Source: Candidatus Omnitrophota bacterium (lineage in GTDB: Bacteria > Omnitrophota > Gorgyraeia > Duberdicusellales > 4484-171). From it: 64,000 nucleotides of DNA. This document shows, in pieces, positions 42,016-51,940 of this stretch (position 1 is the stretch's first letter; each line of letters begins with the position of its first letter). The notes beneath the pieces were generated by a model, which was not told the DNA's origin, searched no databases, and worked only from the letters and a program-made list of their open reading frames with translations. A program made the position numbers and the translations under genes. The stretch lies in NCBI GenBank assembly GCA_037146775.1, contig JBAWWL010000004.1, forward strand, positions 86,471 to 150,470, given 5' to 3'.

Positions 42016-42200
42016 TGGTAAACCCTAAACCCGAAATCCTAAACTCTAAACAAACTCAAACTCAAAAACCCCATATCCAAAACGTTTTTGGTTTTAGGTT
42101 TATAATTTTGGATTTGTTTAGGATTTAGTCCTTCGACTTCGCTTGAGGACTAATGGTGAGCGCAGTTGAAACACTAGAGCTTAGTATTTAGAGTTTGGAA
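42016..42200. repeat. structured intergenic repeat element, copy A
   Basis: GGTAAACCCTAAACCCGAAATCCTAAACTCTAAACAAACT (7-bp periodic C/A-rich arm) plus complementary G/T-rich arm ...GTTTAGGATTTAG...TTTAGAGTTT; fills the gyrB-stop to gyrA-start spacer. Confidence 0.6.
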
Positions 42201-42204
42201 AAAC

Positions 42205-44673
42205 ATGCAAGAACAAACAAATAAAGGAAAAATTATAACCCGCTATCTCGAAGAAGAGATGAAGGATTCCTACCTCTCTTACTCGATGAGCGTTATTGCA
42301 GGCCGTGCCCTTCCGGATATCCGTGACGGGCTTAAGCCGGTACAACGCAGGATTATGTATGCGATGCATGATTTGCATCTTCGGCATAACCAGTCGCATA
42401 AAAAATGTGCGAGGATAGTCGGAGAATGTCTTGGTAAATATCATCCGCACGGAGACCTTTCGGTTTACGATGCTCTCGTGAGGATGGCCCAGGATTTTTC
42501 TTTGAGGTACCCGCTCGTAAACGGGCAGGGTAACTTTGGCTCGATAGACGGCGATCCTCCCGCAGCAATGCGTTATTCCGAAGCGCGGCTTTCCAGGATC
42601 GCAGACTACATACTCCAAGATATCGAAAAAGAAACAGTCAAGTTTTTCCCTAATTTCGACAATTCACTCACTGAACCGGAAGTGCTTCCGTCGGTTGTCC
42701 CCAATCTTTTGATAAACGGTGCAAGCGGCATCGCCGTTGGCATGGCAACCAATATGCCGCCTCATAATTTAGGGGAAGTGTGCGATGCGCTGGAGCATTT
42801 GCTAGACAACCCCACCGCCTCAATCAAAGAGCTGCATAAATTTGTAAAAGGGCCGGATTTCCCAACCGGTGCGATAATCTGCGGCAAAGCAGACATACTT
42901 AAAATGTATGAAGAAGGTAAGGGAAGATTAATCCTTCGCGCAAAATCGACCATTGAACACGAAAAGGGAAAATCCCAAATAATTTTTAACGAAATACCTT
43001 ACCAATTAAACAAGACCAATCTCATCGAGGCAATAGCAGGTCTTGTTACTGACAAAAAAATAGAGGGCATCTCCGATTTACGTGACGAATCGAACAAGGA
43101 AGGTATACGCATAGTCTTGGAGCTTAAAAGAGATGTCGAGCCGCAAATTATTCTAAACCAGCTTTATAAACACACAAATCTTGAAACAACTTTTGGCGCG
43201 ATATTTCTTGCGCTTGTAAACAGGAAGCCCGTCATCCTTACGCTTCGCGAAATGCTGACTCATCACATTAGCTTCCGTAAGGAAGTAATCGTAAAGAGGT
43301 CGAAATTTGAGTTAGATAAAGCGCAAAAAAGAGCACATATTTTAGAAGGTTTAAAGGTTGCCTTGAAACATTTGGATGAGGTAGTTTCGATCATTAAAAA
43401 ATCAAAAAATCCTCAAGAGGCAAAAGAAGGCTTGATGAAAAAATTCTCCCTGTCGGATTTACAGGCGCAGGCAATTCTGGAAATGCAGCTGGTGAGGTTG
43501 TGTACGTTGGAGAGAAATAAGATCGATGAAGAATATTTGGAACTAATTAAGAAAATCGAGCTATATAACCTTATTCTATCTTCAGAAAAAAAACAGGAAG
43601 AATTGATAAAGCAGGAACTCAAGGACTTGAGAGAACAATTCGCCGATAGCAGGCGCACAGAAATTGTTGCGCAGAAAGAAGAGATAGAGATAGAAGATTT
43701 GATCGTGGAAGAAGATATGGTAATAACCATATCTGGGTCGGGGTACATTAAGCGGTTGCCGCTCACCAGTTACCGACAGCAAAAGCGCGGCGGCCGCGGC
43801 GTTACCGCCATGGCAACTTCGGACGAGGATTTCGTAGAACATCTTTTTGTTGCTTCCAGCAAGGACACCCTTTTGATATTTTCCGACGAAGGGAAGATCT
43901 ACCCGGTAAAAACATACGAAGTCCCGGTTGGCAGCCGCACCTCTAAAGGAAGAGCCATTATCAATCTTTTAAATTTAACCACCAAAGAAAAAATTACCAC
44001 GGTTTTATCCATAAAGGATTTCGATCCCAAGCAGTGTATCGTGATGACTACGCAAAAAGGTATGATCAAGAGAAGTTCTCTCGAACTTTTTTCGAACATG
44101 CGTAAAAGCGGCATCTGCGCGATTACGCTTGATAGAGACGACCGTCTTGTCGGGGCAAGGCTCTGTGAAGATAAAGACGAAGTAGTTCTTGCGACTAAAA
44201 AAGGGATTGCGATACGATTTAAGATGGCCCAGGTGCGTCCTACCGGACGGCAATCCCAGGGTGTGAGAGGAATGAAGCTGGCGAAGGACGACATAGTGTT
44301 GGGTATGGTGCTTGTTCGGGGAAGTATTAAGAAGGAAGAGTTGTATCTTTTTACCGCGACCGAGAACGGTTTTGCCAAACAAACACATATTGAGCAATAC
44401 CGGCTTCAATCCAGAGGCGGCAAAGGGATTATCAATATAAAAATTTCGCCAAAAATCGGAGAGGTCAAGGGTTTTACTTGCGTACGTCAAGACGAGGAAC
44501 TCGTCTGTATTACGCAAAAGGGCATACTTATTCGCACCAAAGTGAAAGATATCCGCGTCTCGGGTCGTTCTACCCAGGGGGTGCGGATTATTAACGTAGA
44601 AAAAGGTGACAAAGTTTCGTCCATCGCCCGGATTATTCCCGAAGAAGAAGCGCCGGTGAGTCAAACTTTATAA
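42205..44673 (+). CDS. gyrA: DNA gyrase subunit A
   Basis: Active-site region, QRR, six C-terminal beta-pinwheel repeats; 822 aa. Confidence 0.95.
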   Translation: MQEQTNKGKIITRYLEEEMKDSYLSYSMSVIAGRALPDIRDGLKPVQRRIMYAMHDLHLRHNQSHKKCARIVGECLGKYHPHGDLSVYDALVRMAQDFSLRYPLVNGQGNFGSIDGDPPAAMRYSEARLSRIADYILQDIEKETVKFFPNFDNSLTEPEVLPSVVPNLLINGASGIAVGMATNMPPHNLGEVCDALEHLLDNPTASIKELHKFVKGPDFPTGAIICGKADILKMYEEGKGRLILRAKSTIEHEKGKSQIIFNEIPYQLNKTNLIEAIAGLVTDKKIEGISDLRDESNKEGIRIVLELKRDVEPQIILNQLYKHTNLETTFGAIFLALVNRKPVILTLREMLTHHISFRKEVIVKRSKFELDKAQKRAHILEGLKVALKHLDEVVSIIKKSKNPQEAKEGLMKKFSLSDLQAQAILEMQLVRLCTLERNKIDEEYLELIKKIELYNLILSSEKKQEELIKQELKDLREQFADSRRTEIVAQKEEIEIEDLIVEEDMVITISGSGYIKRLPLTSYRQQKRGGRGVTAMATSDEDFVEHLFVASSKDTLLIFSDEGKIYPVKTYEVPVGSRTSKGRAIINLLNLTTKEKITTVLSIKDFDPKQCIVMTTQKGMIKRSSLELFSNMRKSGICAITLDRDDRLVGARLCEDKDEVVLATKKGIAIRFKMAQVRPTGRQSQGVRGMKLAKDDIVLGMVLVRGSIKKEELYLFTATENGFAKQTHIEQYRLQSRGGKGIINIKISPKIGEVKGFTCVRQDEELVCITQKGILIRTKVKDIRVSGRSTQGVRIINVEKGDKVSSIARIIPEEEAPVSQTL

Positions 44674-44768
44674 TAAGAGAATTTGTTGACAAAATAGATT
44701 TTGCATCTAAAATGATTCGTTTTCAACTCTTGATTTTTCTGTATAGTTTTCGGAAAGCGTAAGTGTAC

Positions 44769-44843
44769 GTCCCCATCGTCTAGCCTGGTTCAGGACATCG
44801 CCCTTTCACGGCGACGGCGCCAGTTCAAATCTGGCTGGGGACG
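44769..44843 (+). tRNA. tRNA-Glu (TTC)
   Basis: Manual fold; anticodon loop CTTTCAC; T-loop AGTTCAAATCTGG. Confidence 0.75.
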
Positions 44844-44983
44844 TTTATTGTAAATGATTCGCTCGAACATAGATAGCCAGTTCCCCCGCGTCAGAACTCG
44901 CCTTGTTCGTTCTTTGCGGGATTAATTCGCGCTATTCATTTTTCCTGCGCCGCAGCGGCTTTGAAAAATGAGGCGCTCATTAA

Positions 44984-45004
44984 AAATCTGGCTGGGGACG
45001 TTTA
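44984..45004. repeat. exact 21-bp direct repeat of the tRNA-Glu 3' end (AAATCTGGCTGGGGACGTTTA; first copy at 44827..44847)
   Basis: Read directly; the repeat copy is 157 bp downstream. Confidence 0.75.
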
Positions 45005-45104
45005 ATTTTTTAAAGTTTTTATGACAGTGTAGTGGAGTCGGTTTCCCGGGCCGGAATATATGCACTCGTCCGATGATGTGTGAAGAATATTCTCAGGAGG
45101 ATCA

Positions 45105-45560
45105 ATGGAACAACAAGAAGAAAAGCTTTTAGGGTCAACGATTTTGGGGTGGATAAATTGTTTTATCTTCGGGCTTTTCTTTTTGCTCCTTTCCCTGTCT
45201 GTTTATATGAAGGCTACCCCTCAGGACTTGGTCAAGGTTACCGAGGTGCTGAAAGCACGGCAGGTAGTCTTTGATATTACCTTTCGGCAATTTAAAATAG
45301 CCTGTCTCTATTATGCTTTTTTTTCGTCCATATTTTTTATAAGCGGCCTGGGCATCTTATTGAAAAAAGAATGGGCAAGGAAATTAACGATTTATTTTGC
45401 CCTGCTCATAGCTATTCTTATTTTTCTCTCCGTGCTCCTTGTTCCTGGTTTGATTAGCCAGGCTTTCTTACAGATCGTCTACCCCGGTATTCTTCTTCTT
45501 TATTTCACGAACAAAAACGTTGAGGCGCGTTTCAAGGCAGCACGGGCGCGCGCGCAGTAA
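45105..45560 (+). CDS. hypothetical membrane protein (about four TM helices)
   Basis: AGGAGG SD 7 nt upstream; hydrophobic profile; no motifs recognised. Confidence 0.4.
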   Translation: MEQQEEKLLGSTILGWINCFIFGLFFLLLSLSVYMKATPQDLVKVTEVLKARQVVFDITFRQFKIACLYYAFFSSIFFISGLGILLKKEWARKLTIYFALLIAILIFLSVLLVPGLISQAFLQIVYPGILLLYFTNKNVEARFKAARARAQ

Positions 45561-45581
45561 CAGGAAAATACACAGGCATAT

Positions 45582-47411
45582 ATGTGCGGAATTTTTGGTT
45601 ATATAGGCAAAGAAACAGCCCTTGCGGTTTTTTTAGATGGGGTTGCGCGGCTGGAGTATCGCGGTTACGATTCCTGCGGCGCAGTAGGGATTAGAGGAAA
45701 TAAATTTTTCCTTACCAAACGGACGGGAAAAATTCATCAGTTGCGCGAAGAACTTAAGGATGCGCTGAAGGACAAATACCCCATAGGAATTTTTCATACG
45801 CGTTGGGCAACGCATGGAAAACCCAGTTATGCTAACGCCCATCCTCACCTTGATTGCCGCCAGGAAATTGCCATCGTTCACAACGGTATTATCGAAAACT
45901 ACCTCGAATTGAAAGAAAAACTACTTAAAGAGGGGCATGTGTTTGTAAGCGAAACCGATACCGAAGTTATTGTGCATTTGATTGAAAAATTTTACAGCAG
46001 TTCCTTGGAGCAGGCGGTGTATAAAGCGGTTAAGCAATTACGGGGATCGTTCGCGCTCGGTGTCATTTCAATAAGAGAACCGGAAAAACTGATTGGCGTC
46101 AGGAAGGGCAGCCCCTTGATTGTCGGTATGAGCAAGAACGGATTTTTTATTGCCTCGGATATTCCGGCCATCTTGCCGTTTACTCAGGAAATCGTTTATC
46201 TGAAAGATGAGGAACTGGTAATCTTAAAAAAAGACAATATCAACATTTTCCATTTTAAGGGCGAGCCGGTGAAGTTGGAAATAGAAAAGATCCACATGCG
46301 GCCACAAGACGTGGAAAAAAAAGGTTATGAGCATTTCATGCTTAAAGAAATATATGAGCAACCGGAGATTCTGCGCAAAACTCTCTCGCTCTATGTAAAG
46401 GCTGGCCGCATTGTGCTGCCTCAGTTGAATTTAAGCGATACATTCTTGAGAAAAGTTAAAAATATATTTATTACTGCGTGCGGAACCGCCTACCACGCAG
46501 GTTATGTGGCCAAATATTTTTTAGAAAAATACTGTGACGTAGATGTGGAAATAGACACGTCATCGGAATTTCGTTATCGGACGCTGCGCGTTACTAAAAA
46601 CGACCTGTTGGTTACTATTTCTCAGTCAGGAGAAACTGCCGATACCTTAGCGGCGGTGCGGGAGATAAAAAAGGCCGGCGTTAAAGTGGTCAGTATTTGT
46701 AATGTGTTGGGGTCCAGCCTCGTGAAGGAAAGCGATGGATTGATTTTTTCTCATGCCGGCCCGGAAATCGGTGTCGCATCCACCAAGGCATATACCGCGC
46801 AGATACTTTCTTTTTTTCTGCTCGCCTTGTATATAGGTAATTTGAAAAAGACCATCACGGAACACACTTTTGAAGAAATGCTTAAAGAATTAGGATGCAT
46901 GCCAGGTTTCCAGCAAGATATTTTAAAAAAGGGTGGCGAAGTAAAAAAAATAGCGCATACGTTTTCCAAGTTTGGCTGCTTTCTCTTTTTAGGCAGAGGG
47001 GTTAATTATCCCTCGGCTTTGGAGGGTGCCTTAAAATTAAAAGAAATTTCTTATATACCGGCGGAAGGCTATGCTGCCGGCGAAATGAAACACGGGCCCA
47101 TCGCACTTATCGATGAGTACCGCGGAGTTGTGTGTATCGCCCCCAGGGACAACCTATATGAAAAGATGGTTTCCAATATCCAGGAAATAAAAGCCCGTAA
47201 AGGAAAAGTATTGTCGATAGTCAACCACGGCGATACCGCCGCGAGCCATATCAGTGACGCGCTTATTCATATACCGGAATTAAAATTTCAAATTTTTTCC
47301 CCACTCCTTGTTGCCGTAGGCCTACAGCTTTTCGCCTATTACGTCGCAAAAAATTTAAATTGCGAAATAGACCAGCCACGCAATCTTGCTAAATCCGTTA
47401 CAGTTGAATAG
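45582..47411 (+). CDS. glmS: glutamine--fructose-6-phosphate aminotransferase
   Basis: MCGIFGY N-terminus and two SIS domains; 609 aa. Confidence 0.9.
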   Translation: MCGIFGYIGKETALAVFLDGVARLEYRGYDSCGAVGIRGNKFFLTKRTGKIHQLREELKDALKDKYPIGIFHTRWATHGKPSYANAHPHLDCRQEIAIVHNGIIENYLELKEKLLKEGHVFVSETDTEVIVHLIEKFYSSSLEQAVYKAVKQLRGSFALGVISIREPEKLIGVRKGSPLIVGMSKNGFFIASDIPAILPFTQEIVYLKDEELVILKKDNINIFHFKGEPVKLEIEKIHMRPQDVEKKGYEHFMLKEIYEQPEILRKTLSLYVKAGRIVLPQLNLSDTFLRKVKNIFITACGTAYHAGYVAKYFLEKYCDVDVEIDTSSEFRYRTLRVTKNDLLVTISQSGETADTLAAVREIKKAGVKVVSICNVLGSSLVKESDGLIFSHAGPEIGVASTKAYTAQILSFFLLALYIGNLKKTITEHTFEEMLKELGCMPGFQQDILKKGGEVKKIAHTFSKFGCFLFLGRGVNYPSALEGALKLKEISYIPAEGYAAGEMKHGPIALIDEYRGVVCIAPRDNLYEKMVSNIQEIKARKGKVLSIVNHGDTAASHISDALIHIPELKFQIFSPLLVAVGLQLFAYYVAKNLNCEIDQPRNLAKSVTVE

Positions 47412-47553
47412 ATTAGATGGTAAACCCTAAACCCGAAATCCTAAACCCTAAACAAACTAGAAATTACAAATCTAAAATTCCAAATATTTGTTTCGAGTTT
47501 GTTATTTATGGTTTATTTGTTTAGGATTTAGTGTTTAGAATTTAGAGTTTAAA
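47412..47553. repeat. structured intergenic repeat element, copy B (41-bp 5' arm 40/41 identical to copy A)
   Basis: GGTAAACCCTAAACCCGAAATCCTAAACCCTAAACAAACT ... GTTTAGGATTTAGTGTTTAGAATTTAGAGTTTAAA; fills the glmS-stop to rsmI-start spacer. Confidence 0.6.
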
Positions 47554-48222
47554 ATGTTGTATATCATTGCCACCCCCATAGGAAATTTAGAAGATATTAC
47601 TTTGCGCGCGCTCAAGGTCCTTAAAGAAGTTGACACGGTGCTGGCAGAGGATACACGTAAGACTGGATTTTTATTGGCACATTTTGGTATAAAAAAACAA
47701 CTGGTAAGTTTATTTGAACATAATGAAGTAAAAAAAATACCCTGGTTGATTCAAGAGCTTTCTGGCGGGAAAAATATGGCATTGGTTTCTGACGGCGGCA
47801 TGCCGACCCTTTGCGATCCCGGCTATAAGCTGATACGCGAATGCAGAGAAAAACATATCGCGCTTACTGTGCTGCCGGGAGCTTCAAGCATTACCTCCGC
47901 CTTAGCATGCACTTCCGTGCCTCACGACAAATTTGCTTTTATCGGATACCTGCCACGCAAACACAATGAACGCAAGAAGGTATTCGAGAAGGTGATATCT
48001 TGGGGCTGTGCAATTGTTTTTTTTGAATCGCCATACCGGGTTTTAAGCGCCCTAAAAGATATCAATGAATTTGTGGGTAACCGCAGAGTGGCTATTGCAA
48101 GAGAAATGACCAAGAAGTTTGAAGAAATTATTGAGTGTAACTTGGAAGACGCAATAAGGCACTTTGAAAAAACGACCCCTCGCGGAGAATTTACCGTTAT
48201 TCTGGATGCCCATCAAGCATAG
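47554..48222 (+). CDS. rsmI: 16S rRNA (cytidine1402-2'-O)-methyltransferase
   Basis: MLYIIATPIGNLEDIT tetrapyrrole-methylase-like N-terminus. Confidence 0.8.
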   Translation: MLYIIATPIGNLEDITLRALKVLKEVDTVLAEDTRKTGFLLAHFGIKKQLVSLFEHNEVKKIPWLIQELSGGKNMALVSDGGMPTLCDPGYKLIRECREKHIALTVLPGASSITSALACTSVPHDKFAFIGYLPRKHNERKKVFEKVISWGCAIVFFESPYRVLSALKDINEFVGNRRVAIAREMTKKFEEIIECNLEDAIRHFEKTTPRGEFTVILDAHQA

Positions 48223-48340
48223 CGTCTATCAGCAAAAAAGCGCACAATATCTTCCATGCTCTCCGATGTTACTCATGCAAAGATTTTTTGATTCACCGCA
48301 AATGAAAAATAACCACATACATATAAAAGGGCAGGGATAG

Positions 48341-50206
48341 ATGAAAAAAAATAATTTTGGCGATTCCGCCTATCAGTTTAACACGAAAGATATAACTTTT
48401 GTCTTGATCATTCTTGTTCTGGCTATGGTTTTCAGGGTAATCTATTTTGCGGACTACAAAAACGCAAGTACATACCCTGTGCTGGCGCGTTCCGATAGCC
48501 ACTCTTACTATGTGTTGGCAAAAGATATCTCAAGCGGTGATGTTTTCGGGGGGAAGGCATTTATGACTTGGCCCCTGTACGCCTATTTTTTAGGTTTTCT
48601 GTTTAAGTTTTTCGGAGACAGCCCAATGCACGTATATTTTTTGCAGTTTATTTTAGGGGCGATTCACTGTGTCCTGGTTTATCTTATCGCTAAAATCGTA
48701 TTCAATCAAAAAGTCGCTTTTATTTCCGGCTTACTGTGTGTGTGGTATGGGATGTTTATATTTTATGACGGGCTGTTTATGTATACCAGCTTATCCATCT
48801 TTTTGAACTCTTTACTATTTTTGCTCATGCTATACGTGAAAAACGCACCCAGTAAAAAAAACCTTTTCTTCATAGGTCTTTTCACTGGCTTGTGTGCCCT
48901 CGCTCAACCCCTCATCGTGTTGTTTGGGGTTTCTTCTGTTGCGGCGATAGCGATGATTGCGAAATTGAACTGGCGAGCGCGCGTGTATAATTTTTCCTGT
49001 TTCATACTGGGGATGTGTCTGGTGGTTGGGGTAACAACGCTTAAAAATTACGTAGTAGAAAAAGATTTTATACTCTTGTCGGGCAATACCGGTTTCAATT
49101 TTTATTTGGGCAATAACTCCGAATCAACCGGAAACTTTTTTTGCCCCAATAACTTTAATTTGAATAAAGAAGACATGTTCCGCGACGCTAAGATTTTCGC
49201 AAACGCACAAACGGGGAAAAATTTAAAAACATCCGAAGTTTCTCGTTTCTGGTTTACTAAGGCCACGGAATTCATTAAAAAAAGTCCTTATCTCTGGGTA
49301 AAGCTTTTATGCAAAAAAATGATATATGCGTTCAGTCCGCGAGAATTCAACCAAGAGGTAGAATATTATTTTATCGCGGATACCATGAGAATTTTTAAGA
49401 TTATGCTTATGGATTTGAGAATCATATTACCATTGGGACTGTTGGGTATGCTCGTGTGCCTTAAAAAGTTTAAGCAAGTGTGGCTACTTTATCTTATGCT
49501 TATCACCATTGCGTGCAGTATGAGCTTATTTTTCGTGATCACGAAGCTGCGTATCGCCATGGCGCCTTTTTTGATAATTTTTGCGGCTTTCTGTATATAT
49601 CGCATGGGGAGTTTGTTGAAAAGTAAAAAATATCTCGGTTTAGGATTGCTATGTGTGGGGGCGATTGCCCTCGGTATTTTATTGAACCGTGATAAAATTT
49701 TTGCCGGGAACACAAACCCGGATTCACAATCCGTTCGTTCGCTTGTTGAGGAGCGTCTCTATGAGGCAGCTTATTACGAACACAAATCCGACTATAACAA
49801 GGCAATCCAGGAATTGGATACTGCGCATGATCTACAACCACGGAATACCTATGTTTTGTTTCATTTAGGTCTCGCGTACTACCGGATGAATGATTTTAAG
49901 AAAGCCGAAGAAAGATTTAAAGAAACCATCGAGCTCAACCCTCTTTTCGTCGACGCATATTATAATTTAGGATTTATGTACAACCACCAACAGCGTTTCT
50001 CCGAAGCCAAGGATATGCTCAATAAAGCGCTTTCCTTGGAACCGGAGAGCGTAGACACTCACTTCGAGTTAGCGTTAGTTTACAAAGCAACCGGTAATCT
50101 CAAGGAGGCCAGGGAGGAATTCGCTCTTGTTTTACGCGCCCTCGCGCGCTGGCGCAAAGCGGAAAGAGATATGGTTATTCAGGCGTTGCACTCCCTTGAT
50201 GGCTGA
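48341..50206 (+). CDS. glycosyltransferase family 39 (ArnT/PMT-like) membrane protein with C-terminal TPR repeats
   Basis: More than 10 TM helices in the N-terminal 450 aa; C-terminal TPR-like repeats (AYYNLGFMY..., HFELALVY...). Confidence 0.55.
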   Translation: MKKNNFGDSAYQFNTKDITFVLIILVLAMVFRVIYFADYKNASTYPVLARSDSHSYYVLAKDISSGDVFGGKAFMTWPLYAYFLGFLFKFFGDSPMHVYFLQFILGAIHCVLVYLIAKIVFNQKVAFISGLLCVWYGMFIFYDGLFMYTSLSIFLNSLLFLLMLYVKNAPSKKNLFFIGLFTGLCALAQPLIVLFGVSSVAAIAMIAKLNWRARVYNFSCFILGMCLVVGVTTLKNYVVEKDFILLSGNTGFNFYLGNNSESTGNFFCPNNFNLNKEDMFRDAKIFANAQTGKNLKTSEVSRFWFTKATEFIKKSPYLWVKLLCKKMIYAFSPREFNQEVEYYFIADTMRIFKIMLMDLRIILPLGLLGMLVCLKKFKQVWLLYLMLITIACSMSLFFVITKLRIAMAPFLIIFAAFCIYRMGSLLKSKKYLGLGLLCVGAIALGILLNRDKIFAGNTNPDSQSVRSLVEERLYEAAYYEHKSDYNKAIQELDTAHDLQPRNTYVLFHLGLAYYRMNDFKKAEERFKETIELNPLFVDAYYNLGFMYNHQQRFSEAKDMLNKALSLEPESVDTHFELALVYKATGNLKEAREEFALVLRALARWRKAERDMVIQALHSLDG

Positions 50207-50239
50207 AATAAAAATCGCCCCTTTTCCCCTAAATTAATC

Positions 50240-50268
50240 TTGACATTTTTTGCTTTATGGGGTATATA
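50240..50268 (+). promoter_or_regulatory. sigma70-type promoter of the pyr operon (-35 TTGACA, 17-bp spacer, -10 TATATA)
   Basis: Consensus hexamers with optimal spacing, read directly. Confidence 0.55.
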
Positions 50269-50288
50269 TTATGAAACCTTTAAGTCGG

Positions 50289-50300
50289 TCCAGCGAGGCC
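50289..50300 (+). promoter_or_regulatory. PyrR-binding loop motif UCCAGCGAGGCC in the pyr leader
   Basis: Matches the PyrR box consensus ARUCCNGNGAGGYU and is followed by GGCAAGG as in Bacillus attenuators. Confidence 0.55.
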
Positions 50301-50346
50301 GGCAAGGAACAGTTATGAAAAAACCTAAAAGCACAGACTATGTAAT

Positions 50347-50376
50347 CCGCACAGCAATGTGCGGTTTTTTATTTTT
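50347..50376 (+). terminator. pyr attenuator terminator hairpin (CCGCACA-GCAA-TGTGCGG followed by a T-run)
   Basis: 7-bp GC-rich stem, GNRA-like loop and TTTTTTATTTTT. Confidence 0.6.
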
Positions 50377-50406
50377 ACAGCCGCTCATAGTTTAGGAGGA
50401 GGTTGT

Positions 50407-50955
50407 GTGGGCACTTTCAAAGAAAAAGCCAAGGTTTTAAGCACGGAAGAGATAAAAAGAACGTTGCAGCGGCTTACTCACCAAATTTTTGAAAACAATC
50501 CAGACTCCAAAGAAATTGTACTGGTGGGCATCCAAACCCGAGGCGTGTATTTAGCCAAGCGGATTCAATCGTTGATCAAAGAAACAACCGCGATAGATAT
50601 TCCCCTGGGTGTGTTGGATATCACCCTGTACCGGGATGACCTTACGGTCGTTGGCTCAAAACCGGAAGTGAAAGAAACGAAGATAGATTTTAATCTTACC
50701 GATAAAGTGGTGGTGTTGGTCGATGATGTGCTGTTTACCGGAAGAACCATTCGTGCCGCCTTGGATGAATTGATGGATTTCGGCCGGCCCCAGAGGGTCG
50801 AACTCCTTGTCCTTATTGACCGCGGCCACCGAGAGTTACCCATACGTGCCGATTTTGTAGGTAAAAATATCCCCACTTCTAAAAACGAAACCGTGGAGGT
50901 GCGGCTCGGAGAAGTAGATGGGGTTGACGAGGTTGTAATAGGGGAAAAACAATAA
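50407..50955 (+). CDS. pyrR: bifunctional pyrimidine operon regulator / uracil phosphoribosyltransferase PyrR
   Basis: PRTase motif [13 protein letters not shown]; GTG start 7 nt after AGGAGG; the ORF-track start at 50359 lies inside the terminator hairpin. Confidence 0.8.
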   Translation: MGTFKEKAKVLSTEEIKRTLQRLTHQIFENNPDSKEIVLVGIQTRGVYLAKRIQSLIKETTAIDIPLGVLDITLYRDDLTVVGSKPEVKETKIDFNLTDKVVVLVDDVLFTGRTIRAALDELMDFGRPQRVELLVLIDRGHRELPIRADFVGKNIPTSKNETVEVRLGEVDGVDEVVIGEKQ

Positions 50956-51004
50956 GTTGTAAGTTGTCGCGATATACTATTGATAGCACGTATTTGATAT
51001 ATCT

Positions 51005-51940
51005 ATGAAGTGGAAACGGAAAGATCTACTAGGCCTGGAAGATTTAAGCAGAGAAGAGATAGAGTTAATTTTAGAAACCGCGAGGTCGTTCAAGGAAGTT
51101 TCTAAGCGCGAGATTAAAAAAGTCCCGGCCCTGCGCGGCAAAACCTTAGTGAACCTTTTTTATGAGCCATCTACCCGTACAAGAATTTCTTTTGAGCTGG
51201 CCGCCAAACGGTTATCGCTCGATGTTATTAATATTGCCACCGAAACTTCCAGTGTGCGTAAAGGCGAAACCCTTATTGATACCGGGAAAAATATTGAAGC
51301 ATTACGGGTAGATATTATCGTTATGAGGCATAGTTCGTCGGGTGCCGCGGCAATTCTGTCACGTCACGTGCGCGCCAGTGTCGTTAATGCCGGCGATGGA
51401 TGGCACGAACATCCTACACAGGCGCTCTTAGATATGTTTACCTTGAAGGAGAAGTTAGGCAAAATAGAGGGGCTTCATGTGAGTATTGTCGGCGATATAT
51501 CGCATTCGCGAGTCGCGCGCTCCAACATTTGGGGATTGACAAAACTCGGCGCTCAGGTAACCGTCTGTGCGCCGAAAATACTCATTCCTCTCGCCATAGA
51601 ACAAGCGGGTGTGCGAGTCACATATGACCTCGACGATGCGTTAAGAAACGCGGACGCAGTGAATGTGCTACGCATGCAATTTGAACGCGATGAAGTCGGA
51701 GCATTCCCGAAACAGCTCGAATATTTTAAAAATTACGGAATTACGCAGGAACGGCTTGCGAAGGCGAAGAAAAATATTTTGGTGATGCACCCTGGGCCGA
51801 TAAACCGCGGCATAGAAATTTCCAGCGACGTGGCTGACGGGCCGCACTCGGTTATTTTGGAGCAGGTTACCAACGGTATTGCCGTGCGCATGGCGGTTTT
51901 ATTTTTAGTAGCCCAGGCGAACGAATATATAAAACGATGA
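51005..51940 (+). CDS. pyrB: aspartate carbamoyltransferase catalytic subunit
   Basis: STRTR and HPTQ motifs. Confidence 0.9.
   Translation: MKWKRKDLLGLEDLSREEIELILETARSFKEVSKREIKKVPALRGKTLVNLFYEPSTRTRISFELAAKRLSLDVINIATETSSVRKGETLIDTGKNIEALRVDIIVMRHSSSGAAAILSRHVRASVVNAGDGWHEHPTQALLDMFTLKEKLGKIEGLHVSIVGDISHSRVARSNIWGLTKLGAQVTVCAPKILIPLAIEQAGVRVTYDLDDALRNADAVNVLRMQFERDEVGAFPKQLEYFKNYGITQERLAKAKKNILVMHPGPINRGIEISSDVADGPHSVILEQVTNGIAVRMAVLFLVAQANEYIKR

Noticed and set aside
42016-42060. CCCTAAA/TTTAGGG telomere-like heptamer repeats considered as eukaryotic (plant) contamination or assembly chimera
   Set aside because: Only five degenerate units, embedded seamlessly between the gyrB stop and gyrA start of a bacterial operon, and duplicated in a second bacterial intergenic region; this is a native bacterial repeat element.
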